Under the pieces are notes generated by a model. That model saw nothing but the letters and a program-made list of their open reading frames with translations, had not been told where the DNA came from and did not search any database. This document shows, in pieces, positions 28,181 through 37,160 of a stretch of DNA of 64,000 nucleotides. Source of the DNA: Fibrobacteria bacterium. GTDB taxonomy: Bacteria; Fibrobacterota; Fibrobacteria; UBA11236. Both the position numbers and the translations under genes were made by a program. The stretch spans positions 8,687 to 72,686 of the forward strand of contig JADGQO010000038.1 in the NCBI GenBank assembly GCA_017881725.1. Reading direction: 5' to 3'. The first letter of the stretch is position 1. Each line of letters opens with the position of its first letter.

Positions 28181-28369
28181 GGGTCGGGGTCAAAGGTTGA
28201 ATCGGGGGGCGTTTTGTTTCGTCGAGATTTCAAACTGGAATTAGGGGGAAATCCTAGCTTTTAAGTGGGATTCCGTAATCCAATTGATTTCGAATTTGCC
28301 CTCCGCTTTCCGGCGGATCCGGCGGAATGACTTCGCGCTGCGCGTCGACCCAATTTGGGAAAGGAGACT

Positions 28370-29173
28370 ATGCAAGACAAGCTTTCCGATCTCGTCGGGT
28401 TATTGAAACGCGCGAACCGGCCCGTCACACGTAGGTTACTGGAGACTCGTTGGAATTGTTCCTCAGTAACGGTCCACCGCATCATCGCGAGCGCGCGAAA
28501 GGGTGGCATTCCGATTCGCTTTGAAAAGGATCGCTATTGTCTTGAGGATGCCAAAGCCATTGAAGTTCCGGGAATCTGGTTCCGGCCGGAAGAACTCGCG
28601 GCTTTGCTGGGCTTGTCCCATTGGCTGGATGAAATGCTCACAGGGCAAGGATTGAACTCCGTCGCTTGGCAGGAGCGGATCCGTTTTTTGCCCATGCATT
28701 ATCGGCAAATTGATCCGGATACTCTTCTCGCTTGCGCTCGCGCGGTACTTTTGCGCAGAAGAACCACATTTTTGTATCAGGGCGTGAAGGACGGCAACGC
28801 TCGCGAGCGGAATGTTTCACCGCAAACTTTGGTGCGCTATCGGGATAACTGGTACCTGGACGGATATGATCATGACGTCGAAAAACTCCGCGAGTTTTCT
28901 CTGAGCCGCATCCGCGACCTCGACGTCCAAGGAACCAGCGCATTGGAGGTCGATCGAAAACACCTGGATAAACATTTCGGCGATGCCTACGGAATCTTCG
29001 CCGGTCGGGCCCGGAAAAAAGCGGTGCTCTTGTTTACAGGGTTGGCGGCAAGGCTTGCGGGACACCGTCACAATCACCCTGGACACCATACCGCCGGGAA
29101 AACCCATCGTGAACGGCGCTTCGCCCGTCCGTACGCGCACGCCCACCTGGACATGGAGCGGCAGCGGCGCTGA
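28370..29173 (+). CDS. WYL-domain transcriptional regulator (HTH + WYL) with a shortened or degenerate C-terminal WCX region
   Basis: AAGGAG Shine-Dalgarno site 5 nt before the ATG at 28370. HTH region LSDLVGLLKRANRPVTRRLLETRWNCSSVTVHRIIASARKGG. WYL signature RYRDNWYLDGYDHDVEKLREFSLSRIRDL. After KAVLLFTGLAARLAGHRHNHPG the sequence no longer resembles a WCX domain, and the ORF ends early. Confidence 0.7.
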   Translation: MQDKLSDLVGLLKRANRPVTRRLLETRWNCSSVTVHRIIASARKGGIPIRFEKDRYCLEDAKAIEVPGIWFRPEELAALLGLSHWLDEMLTGQGLNSVAWQERIRFLPMHYRQIDPDTLLACARAVLLRRRTTFLYQGVKDGNARERNVSPQTLVRYRDNWYLDGYDHDVEKLREFSLSRIRDLDVQGTSALEVDRKHLDKHFGDAYGIFAGRARKKAVLLFTGLAARLAGHRHNHPGHHTAGKTHRERRFARPYAHAHLDMERQRR

Positions 29174-29224
29174 CATGGCATACAATCAATACAAGGCCCA
29201 ATTGGTTCTGGACCAGCGGAGGCA

Positions 29225-29539
29225 ATGGCGGCGGTTCTTGGAAGCCATTCAACAAGGGCGCCCACGTCCAATCTGAAAGCCGTATTTTTCACGGACCCGG
29301 CTAGAAGCTATATTCTCGGCGACAACGCCCTGATAAAAACTTCCGACGGAGGCCTTCACTGGAAATCCATCGTGACTCCCGCGATTCCCAATCTCACCGC
29401 CGTTTCCTTCCTGGATGCCAACGAGGGTTATGTCGCGGGGGAATTCGGCCTCAGCATGAAAACCATGGATTACGGAGATACTTGGGGCCTTATCCGAAAC
29501 CGATCCGACTATGATCTTTACTCGCTGGCTTTTCCTTAA
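29225..29539 (+). pseudogene. BNR/Asp-box (Ycf48-like) repeat fragment; probable gene remnant
   Basis: Two complete Asp-box units (ALIKTSDGGLHW and MKTMDYGDTWGLI) with the typical inter-repeat spacing, then the ORF stops at the start of a third. There is no plausible N-terminus; it shares its frame with the 3' end of the WYL gene. Confidence 0.4.
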
Positions 29540-29551
29540 CAGGGGCGTCCC

Positions 29552-30796
29552 ATGAAAGTTTTTTCAAAAATATTTTTTCTTTATCGGAATCCCCGCCGGG
29601 TATGGGTCCTGTCCATTCTGATTTTGTCTCAGGGAGCGACATCGACGGCGATAGCCAAAAAACTCCGTGTCGAAACGTTGGCCGCCGCCTTTGACCTGCA
29701 GGGCGAGTACGTCGGCAGCGTCGGGGCGGACAATCACCGTTTAGGCGTGCAGGTGGTTGCCAAGCAAAACATCTTCACGGCCGCATTCCTGCTTGGCGGC
29801 TTGCCCGGAGCGGGATGGGATGCCGTGAGCCGTACCGAGCAAACAGGAACATCCCTGTCCACCGGAATCCACTTCCAACCCAGTGATTCAACCAAAGAAT
29901 ATTCAGCCACGCTCTCAGCCGATGGCGCGACCCTGAACGGAAGAACTCCTAAGGGGGAAACCTTCACCTTGAACAAGGTCGTTCGGGAAAGTCCCACTCT
30001 CGGCGCTGCGCCTGCTTCCGGGTCCAATGCCGTTGTGTTATTCAATGGGAAGGGTTTATCCGCCTTCGCGCAAGGTACGGCGGTTCTGGACAGCGGATTT
30101 CTACTCCCGATTGGGTCCGCTTCCACGGGCGCGATCACTACGAAAACATTCGGCAGCTTCACCTTGCATTTGGAATTCCGCGAGCCCTTCATGCCGAACG
30201 ATTCCGGCCAGCAGCGGGGTAACAGCGGCGTGTACCTGCAAGGACGATACGAATTGCAAATCTTGGACTCCTTCGGCTTGAATATCGATCGCAGCGGGAA
30301 TCCCCTGGGAGCCATGCAGGAATGCGGCGCCTTTTACGAACTGGTGCGGCCCGCGCTGAACATGAGCTTTCCTCCCTTATCCTGGCAAACCTATGACGTT
30401 GAATTCACAAAAGCGAAATTCGATACGACTGGGAAAACGCTTTTAGAGCCCGCCGTGGTCACGGTGAGCCTTAACGGCGTGGTCATCCACGATCATCAGA
30501 AACTCACCAGCAACACCCTGCTCGGCGACGCCGTCACCGCGGCTGACGGGCCTTTGCGTTTTCAGGCACATGGCGATTCCGTCCATTATCGGAATATCTG
30601 GGTGGTGGAAAACAACGGCACGGCCATCCGGCCCAATCCCCGCGCGCAACCGCGATTCCCTTATAAAGGTCTCCAGCACGGAAGCGTCTTTCCCGGCCTG
30701 TCCTTGATTACCGGAAGGCGCGTGAGCGGAGAACTATCCGCCGGGTGTTACCTGTTTCAAGACCGGGAAAAGCGCCCCATGCTCCAGTGGCAATAG
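29552..30796 (+). CDS. Secreted DUF1080 (3-keto-disaccharide hydrolase-like) protein
   Basis: Signal peptide MKVFSKIFFLYRNPRRVWVLSILILSQGATSTAIA. DUF1080 core FGSFTLHLEFREPFMPNDSGQQRGNSGVYLQGRYELQILDSFG ... GPLRFQAHGDSVHYRNIWV. Confidence 0.8.
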   Translation: MKVFSKIFFLYRNPRRVWVLSILILSQGATSTAIAKKLRVETLAAAFDLQGEYVGSVGADNHRLGVQVVAKQNIFTAAFLLGGLPGAGWDAVSRTEQTGTSLSTGIHFQPSDSTKEYSATLSADGATLNGRTPKGETFTLNKVVRESPTLGAAPASGSNAVVLFNGKGLSAFAQGTAVLDSGFLLPIGSASTGAITTKTFGSFTLHLEFREPFMPNDSGQQRGNSGVYLQGRYELQILDSFGLNIDRSGNPLGAMQECGAFYELVRPALNMSFPPLSWQTYDVEFTKAKFDTTGKTLLEPAVVTVSLNGVVIHDHQKLTSNTLLGDAVTAADGPLRFQAHGDSVHYRNIWVVENNGTAIRPNPRAQPRFPYKGLQHGSVFPGLSLITGRRVSGELSAGCYLFQDREKRPMLQWQ

Positions 30797-30843
30797 CAGA
30801 AAGAACAAAACCGGGGCATGGATACGGGCCAAGCTTTCACGCT

Positions 30844-31457
30844 TCATTCCATTCTTTCGATTTCACCAATCGATTTTTCAATAAAACTTTTAACGTCTTC
30901 GGAATGGGTGAATGAAATGAGATGGCCGCCATTTTCTAAAAGTAAATCGGGATTTTCACGCGACGCCCATATTAATTTATCCGCACTTCCATGAATCTGG
31001 AAAATACGCGCGGTGCAGGCCTTATCATTTGAATAATCAATAACCAGTCGAACTAAGTTTTTGAAATTGCGCGAAGAAATTTTGGCGCCCATTTCATACA
31101 AAAGCCCCACGTCTTCGGACGCGTCGATTCCAAAAAACCATTTACAGATAAATTTTGGAACCAGTTTGAGATTGAAAAGAAATCATTTTCATTTTGCAAA
31201 GCGGTTAGAAAATCACTCCAGTTCGGAGCAATTGTCTTTGGCCAGCGAATCCAAATTTGTTCGACTCCGATCACAGCATGATGATTCGATAGGGATTCAT
31301 CAGCGCCTAATCCAGGAAAAAAATAGGCCTTCACCAAAATGTGCCGCTTCGTTCGGGTGCGTACGACTAAAAAACTTATAAAGATGGGGGCCGGAAGATT
31401 TGCCCGAAACCCACGAAATCCCCATTCCCCTCTTCCCAAACAACTCGAAACAGCCAA
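30844..31457 (-). pseudogene. Degraded alpha/beta-hydrolase gene (two overlapping frames) in a low-GC islet
   Basis: N-terminal part (31053-31457) has KRHILVKAYFFPGLGADES. C-terminal part (30844-31110) has RIFQIHGSADKLI ... ENGGHLISF (catalytic Asp/His region). The frames overlap at 31053-31110, and no intact GxSxG motif is found. Local GC is about 42% against about 62% for the window. Confidence 0.4.
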
Positions 31458-31536
31458 TCTTGCCAGCGAACCGCATTCTGCCGCCCTATATTAACGGTCT
31501 ATCACAGGGTTTCGAAAGTCAGAGGGGACGAATTGC

Positions 31537-33609
31537 ATGCGCATTTTTAAATGGGCTATCCTCGCGGGATTTGTCGGCATGGCATCGAGCCAACCGGCCA
31601 CGGTCACGCTGCGGGCCAAGCTACGCGATTTCAAGGATTACATCGCGACCGATTCGACCACGCATCCGGATTTTGAGAACGACGCTTACCTGGAATGCGG
31701 CGGCGAAAACCTGGGGTATGTGAAGAGCGCCATCGGGCTCACCGACCCGGTCGATACGTCTTTGTTCCGAGGCGACAATCGGGATCCCATTCTGCAAAAG
31801 TTAAACAATCCCTCGACGGCCAAGCCGTGCTTTACCGGACTCGATAAATTCCATGACTGGTACAACGACGTCCCCTCGGTCAACCGCAGCTTCTACGTCG
31901 ACCTGGTGCTCACCCGCAACGCCCAAGGCGTTTACACCTATAACAACGACAAATTCCTCCCGCTCAACGCCGGCGCGGGTTTTCAGAAATTCCATCCCAC
32001 CGATCCGGATCCGTTTGGGCCGCGCCCGGAAATCAATCTCACCGACGTCTGGGGCTTCACCATGGAATTGCATACGCAATTCACCTACACGGCGGGTAAG
32101 GGCCAAGTCTTTTCCTTCAAAGGCGACGACGATGTCTGGGTGTTCATCAACGGGCAACTGGCCATCGACCTCGGAGGCTTGCATTCCGCCCTCTCGGCGA
32201 CGGTGAACCTCGACACCAAGGCCGCGTCCCTGGGCCTGGTGGACGGCGGGAGTTACCCGCTGGATTTTTTCTTCGCGGAGCGCCATTCCACCGGATCGCA
32301 TTGCCAGATCACCACCAGCCTGGAATTGCTGCAAAAGCCCGCGCTTCCCGTTCCCGTGGTCACCCTGCCAAGCCAAACTTTTCAGAGCTCCGTGCAAGTG
32401 GCTCTGAGTGTGCCCGGCCACCCGGAAGCGCAAATCCGCTACACCGTGGACGGCAGCGAGCCCACGGAGTCGAGCCCCTTGTATAGCGCGGCCATCAACG
32501 TGACGGCGACGACCACGCTGAAGGCCAAGGGTTTCCAAGTCGACTACGCCGACTCACCCGTGATGACCGATGTGTACACTTTGCAGTCGCAGGTCTTGCC
32601 CCCGCCGGTCGCCGATCCGACGAGCCGTCGCTTCACGGATTCCCTCGCGGTGCGTTTGTCCGTGCCGGGTCATCCGGACGCGCAAATCCGCTACACCGTG
32701 GACGGCAGCGTGCCCACGGCCAAGAGCCCCTTGTATAGCGCAGCCATCAACCTCACCGCGACGACCACGCTGAAAGCCAAGGCCTTCCAAGCGACCTTCG
32801 TCGAATCGACCGTAATGACGGATGTGTACACTTTGCAACCCCCAGAGCCCCCTGCGCCCCAAACGTTGCCCACGCCGGTCACCAATCTCCCCGGGAGTAA
32901 CTTCAAGGATACCCTGAGGGTGAGCCTTTCTGTTCCTGGCCAAGGCGATGTGCAAATCCATTACACCCTGGATGGCTCCAATCCCACGGCGACCAGCCCC
33001 GTGTACAAAGGACCGCTCATCGTGACGGGCAATGTCACGGTAAAAGCCATCGCGGTGAAAACCGACTGGGTTCAAAGCGGTGTGATGACGGAAACCTACA
33101 CGCTGATCGCGCCCCCCAATGTGGTTTCCCTGCATGTGGAACGGGCCGTGACCGAAACGCAATCCGGAAGCGGAATCCAGTCCATGCCGGGCCTGAAGCG
33201 TCCCGTCGCATTGATCACTTTGGACCGGGGCATTGCCCGTTGCTTGGCCTGCGAGGCCGGATCGGAGAGCGTCGTCCTGGGACCTGGCCAGTTTCCGGAA
33301 TGGGTGACCGTGAGCCGCGATCCTTTCCATTATCAATTTCAGATTTACGACAATATCGGCAATTTCGTGGTGGAGCAAAGCGGAGAAGTGAGCCGGGAAG
33401 TCTTGAACCAAACGCTCGGCGATTCCGCCGGATACCATGCCCTGCGCTTCCGCTGGATTCCCGTCGCAGCGGACGGGCAGTTGATCGGCACCGGGGCATA
33501 TATCTTGAGGGCGAACGTCATCTCCCAGGCTCTGGATGCGCGCAACGTCCCCATCGGGGTGGCGACGGAGGCAAGCCTGCTGAAGACCCTGGGCTTCGTG
33601 CGGAAGTGA
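31537..33609 (+). CDS. Secreted fibro-slime/PA14-like domain protein with three tandem CHB_HEX_C-type repeats and a ~170-aa C-terminal domain of sorting-domain type
   Basis: Signal peptide MRIFKWAILAGFVGMASSQP. Fibro-slime signature FSFKGDDDVWVFINGQLAIDLGGLHS. Three ~78-aa repeats (SVPGHPEAQIRYTVDGSEPTESSPLYSAAINVTATTTLKAKGF ...). The C-terminus ends ...LKTLGFVRK. Confidence 0.75.
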   Translation: MRIFKWAILAGFVGMASSQPATVTLRAKLRDFKDYIATDSTTHPDFENDAYLECGGENLGYVKSAIGLTDPVDTSLFRGDNRDPILQKLNNPSTAKPCFTGLDKFHDWYNDVPSVNRSFYVDLVLTRNAQGVYTYNNDKFLPLNAGAGFQKFHPTDPDPFGPRPEINLTDVWGFTMELHTQFTYTAGKGQVFSFKGDDDVWVFINGQLAIDLGGLHSALSATVNLDTKAASLGLVDGGSYPLDFFFAERHSTGSHCQITTSLELLQKPALPVPVVTLPSQTFQSSVQVALSVPGHPEAQIRYTVDGSEPTESSPLYSAAINVTATTTLKAKGFQVDYADSPVMTDVYTLQSQVLPPPVADPTSRRFTDSLAVRLSVPGHPDAQIRYTVDGSVPTAKSPLYSAAINLTATTTLKAKAFQATFVESTVMTDVYTLQPPEPPAPQTLPTPVTNLPGSNFKDTLRVSLSVPGQGDVQIHYTLDGSNPTATSPVYKGPLIVTGNVTVKAIAVKTDWVQSGVMTETYTLIAPPNVVSLHVERAVTETQSGSGIQSMPGLKRPVALITLDRGIARCLACEAGSESVVLGPGQFPEWVTVSRDPFHYQFQIYDNIGNFVVEQSGEVSREVLNQTLGDSAGYHALRFRWIPVAADGQLIGTGAYILRANVISQALDARNVPIGVATEASLLKTLGFVRK
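32390..33150 (+). repeat. Three tandem ~235-nt coding repeats (CHB_HEX_C-like units); copies 1 and 2 are about 90% identical at the nucleotide level
   Basis: For example, ccggaagcgcaaatccgctacaccgtggacggcagcgagcccacgg... against ccggacgcgcaaatccgctacaccgtggacggcagcgtgcccacgg...; the third copy is more diverged. Confidence 0.7.
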
Positions 33610-33783
33610 GGCCGACGGTTTCCACATCCCGCGCGGATTTTTTCGTCAAGACCAGGTAACGGCGCCGCTACCCGTATTTGACGCCTGCAATTTGGACTCC
33701 AAAAAAATTTGCGCCTTCCTGCCATTCCGTAACGGGCAGGCTCACTTCCGGGTCTGAGAAAAATCCCCGTTCGAACGCCCCAT

Positions 33784-33815
33784 AAAAAAACATCGGCCCC
33801 ATTTGGGAGCCGATG
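33784..33815 (-). terminator. Rho-independent terminator for the minus-strand lipoprotein gene
   Basis: Minus-strand hairpin catcggctccc-aaat-ggggccgatg followed by TTTTTTTAT (plus-strand A-run 33784-33790). Confidence 0.55.
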
Positions 33816-33908
33816 CTTGGGCGAGGTTGCCCCGGAGGACTCGTGTCCGACACCGGGTAGGGAGTGCACCCCGCCTTGGAAGTTTTTGTCTTAGGGATCT
33901 TCAGGGTC

Positions 33909-34669
33909 TTAAGGAATCACCGCGCCGGGCAGGCCGCCGTTGATGGTCACCTTGCCGACCTTGCCCAAGGTCACGGTGTGCGAACCCGGGGTCACGTAAT
34001 CGAAGTACACGTTCACGCTCTGGCTGCCGGAGAAGTATCCGGAGGCGAGCAGGGAGTCGGCCTTGATGACGCCGTCCACCTTCAGGACCACGCGGTTCAG
34101 GTTGAGCTTGTCCTTGCCGGTGCCGGGAAGCGAAGAGCTGATGGAATCGGGCAAGGTGTTGAAATCGGCCTGGTACATGGCGAAGCGCGAGGTGAGGTTC
34201 AGCGTGACCGCGGCGGTGTCGGCGGGGTTCACGAAGAAGCCGATCGAGCTGCCGGTGTGGATGACGGAGTCCTTGGCGTCCTTGGAGACGGCCGAAACCG
34301 TCCAGGTGCGCAGGGGCTTGAGGGTAAGGCTGCGCGTTACCGTAACTTGCGCATTACCTGAGACGGTCGAGGTGTCGCGCACGGTGTCGGCGGGCGTGGC
34401 CGAGGACACGGCGGTCAGGATGAGCTTGGTCAGGTTGATGGCCGAGGTCTTGCTCAAGGTTCCCGCCTTGCCCAGAACCACGGTGGATTGCACCACGGCG
34501 CTCGGCTGCAAGTTGTCCGGGTTGCCCGCCGCCGCCGCGGGGTCTGGCCGCAATTGGCGAAGAAAGCCGGCGCCAAAAATCCGATGAGCATTTTGACGGC
34601 GGTGGACTTGTTGATGGTCGTGTCGGCGTTGCGCAAGTTGTTCTTCATAAAACCCATCCCTGTTCCCAT
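33909..34669 (-). pseudogene. Lipoprotein gene with a frameshift inside a (CGG)n tract
   Basis: Signal peptide and lipobox (MKNNLRNADTTINKSTAVKMLIGFLAPAFFANCGQ) in one frame from 34669. The body is in another frame down to 33909 (GNPDNLQPSAVVQSTVVLGKAG ... NVYFDYVTPGSHTVTLGKVGKVTINGG). The junction lies in ccgcggcggcggcgggc (about 34560-34590). Confidence 0.5.
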
Positions 34670-34999
34670 GCCTTAGTTGTCGGAGAGGTTTTCGGAAAAC
34701 TTTAACGATGATGTAAATATGTGATCCCGAACACATCCTGGAGTCCGGATGGGCTGGAGTGATAGGGTATACCCCTATATCGACCGAGGCCGGGGCAAAA
34801 TGAAGCGCGGTTAAAAGATATTTTTACACTCGAGTCGCGGAGTCTCGGGGTCCTGGGATCGCAATTTGAGGTTGTACGGACGCGGCCGCCAAATCCTAAA
34901 CCAGTTCGCGCGCGGCCTATGTATATGGATATATGGAGTGACGCATGCGGATGGACGGAAGTTTGGACTTGGGACGTTTGCGCCTGCGCCTCAGCGCGA

Positions 35000-36586
35000 T
35001 CAGGATCCGCTGCCGACGCCCGCACGGACTTTTTCAACTCCCTGTCCCTGATAAGGCCCGCGCGGGTTTTCCGCTCTGGTCCCGAGGATTCGTCCCAGCA
35101 AGGGCCCGGTCATGGCCGTGGTCGCCAAGGCCACCAGTACCATCAAGGTAAACAGCCGTGGCGACAGGATCCCGAGATCCAGTCCCACGTTCAATACGAT
35201 CAGTTCCATCAAGCCGCGCGTGTTCATGAGCGCGCCCAAGGCGAAGGCGTCGCGCCAGGCGGAGCCCGTGGCCCGGGCGGCCAAACTTACGCCGCCGAGC
35301 TTGCCCGCTACCGCCAGGGTGAGCAGGAGCGCGAACACGCCCCAATCGGCGGCGCCGGAAAGGCCGTCCACCCGCGTTCGCAATCCGGTCGAGGCGAAGA
35401 ATACCGGCAACAGGAACAGCGAAGCGGGATATTCCAGGCGCTCGCGGAGGAAGGTGCGGAACGCCGGCTGGGGAGGCATGGCGACGCCGGCCAGAAAGGC
35501 CCCGAAGAGGGCATGGATGCCGATGGCCTCGGTGCCCAGGGAGGATAGGAAGATGGCGATCAGCGCGGCCAAGACCGCGCCGCGCTTCGGGCGGCCTTCC
35601 CGATCCAGTACCGGGAGTCGTCGCGCCGCGGGTCGGACCAGGAAAAGCATGGCGAGGGTGAACAACGCGGCGGCGGCGGCCACGGCAGCGGCGGTGAAGG
35701 GCGATGCGGATTTGGCCACGGCGATTACCAGGGCCAGCAGGATCCACGCGGTGACATCGTCAACGGCCGCGCTGGCCATGGCCGTTTGGCCCAAGGGCGT
35801 GCTCAAAAGATTCCGCTCGGAAAGGATGCGGGCCAGCACCGGGAAGGCGGTAATGCTCATGGCGATCCCGAGGAATAGCGCGAAGGCGGGGAAGTGGATT
35901 TGCGGAGGGGCGAATCCGGAGTACAGGTACAACGCCACGCCGAGCCCAAAGAGAAAGGGCGCGACGATGCCGGAGTGGCTGACGAAAAGCGCTTGCCGCG
36001 CATGGCGCCGCAGCGACCCCAGATCAATCTCCATGCCCATGGTGAATAAGAAGAGCAGCACTCCCACCTGGCTTAAAAGATTCAAGGGCCCGAGGCTGGC
36101 GGCCGGGAACAGCGCCTGGGAAAAGCCGGGAAAGAGATGACCGAGCAGGGATGGTCCCAGGGCGATGCCGGCGGCCATCTCGCCGACCACGGCCGGTTGG
36201 CCTAGACGCCGGGCCAGGAGGCCGCAGGCGCCTGCCAGCCCTACGACCACGGACAATTGGGCCAGCAGCAGGGGGAAGGAGTGGCTCAAGGCATCGCGGA
36301 TATTGGCGAGTAGTCCCACCCCAGGGGCCCGGGGTTGTGGTCCCGAAGCCGAAGGGATGGGTGGCGCCGGGGACGGGGTACTGGAGACGGAAGCAGGCGG
36401 GGCCGGGACCGGCGCCAGCGCCGGCGATGCAGGTCCGCCGGGAGCAAGCCTCTCCTCGGCCGGCGATCCGCTCCGCCGCGCCCGGGCCTCGATGGCATCG
36501 GCGTAGGCCAAAACCCAGGCGATGGCGCCGACGAAAGCGAGGAGGGAAAGGGCGTATAGGAGGATGGACCGGGATGGGAAGCGCAT
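35000..36586 (-). CDS. CPA2-family monovalent cation:proton antiporter (Kef/NapA-like) with an N-terminal TM anchor and Pro-rich linker
   Basis: [15 protein letters not shown] ... [18 protein letters not shown]; 12-13 TMs. Start at MRFPSR (36584-36586). Confidence 0.8.
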   Translation of the reverse strand: MRFPSRSILLYALSLLAFVGAIAWVLAYADAIEARARRSGSPAEERLAPGGPASPALAPVPAPPASVSSTPSPAPPIPSASGPQPRAPGVGLLANIRDALSHSFPLLLAQLSVVVGLAGACGLLARRLGQPAVVGEMAAGIALGPSLLGHLFPGFSQALFPAASLGPLNLLSQVGVLLFLFTMGMEIDLGSLRRHARQALFVSHSGIVAPFLFGLGVALYLYSGFAPPQIHFPAFALFLGIAMSITAFPVLARILSERNLLSTPLGQTAMASAAVDDVTAWILLALVIAVAKSASPFTAAAVAAAAALFTLAMLFLVRPAARRLPVLDREGRPKRGAVLAALIAIFLSSLGTEAIGIHALFGAFLAGVAMPPQPAFRTFLRERLEYPASLFLLPVFFASTGLRTRVDGLSGAADWGVFALLLTLAVAGKLGGVSLAARATGSAWRDAFALGALMNTRGLMELIVLNVGLDLGILSPRLFTLMVLVALATTAMTGPLLGRILGTRAENPRGPYQGQGVEKVRAGVGSGS

Positions 36587-36778
36587 GGGCGCAAAAATAG
36601 AAATGCGGTCGATTGCCGTGCTCCCGCCGCAAAACTCAAATAGTTTAAGCGAACATTTTCCCGCCGACTCTGAACAAGAGTGATGCCGAAATCGCACCGC
36701 CGGTGGTACGCTTATCGTCGGAAAGAGGAATACCATCGGACGGGTTTATCCGGTATACCAGAGAAAGAAATTGCCACA

Positions 36779-37144
36779 ATGAAAATCTTACTCGTCGACG
36801 ACTCGGGAACCATGCGGGCGATACAATCGGGAATCCTTTCGGAGTTGGGTTTCGAGGATGTGTTGCAAGCGGCGGACGGGGTTCAGGCCCTGAAAATCAT
36901 CGCCGCGGAAAAGATCGATCTGGTGATGTTGGACTGGAACATGCCGATCATGACCGGGATTGAAACCCTCCGGAGGATCAAAGCCGATCCGGTCAAAAAA
37001 TCCATTCCCGTGGTCATGGTCACAACCGAAGCCGAAAAGGTCCACATCCTCGACGCCATAACCGTGGGCGCGGCCGGATATATCCTCAAGCCATTCTCCC
37101 CGCAAACCCTCAAGGAAAGGCTGACCCCATTCCTCAAGAAATGA
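36779..37144 (+). CDS. cheY: Chemotaxis response regulator CheY
   Basis: MKILLVDDSGTMR ... LVMLDWNMPIMTG ... VVMVTTEAE ... GYILKPF: all phospho-site residues are present. Confidence 0.9.
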   Translation: MKILLVDDSGTMRAIQSGILSELGFEDVLQAADGVQALKIIAAEKIDLVMLDWNMPIMTGIETLRRIKADPVKKSIPVVMVTTEAEKVHILDAITVGAAGYILKPFSPQTLKERLTPFLKK

Positions 37145-37160
37145 CGCGGTAAACGGTCCC

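Noticed and set aside
28370-31500. Possibility that the WYL regulator marks an anti-phage defence island
   Set aside because: Downstream genes are a BNR fragment, a DUF1080 hydrolase-like protein and a decayed alpha/beta hydrolase. No nuclease, ATPase, methyltransferase or other defence-type domains were found.
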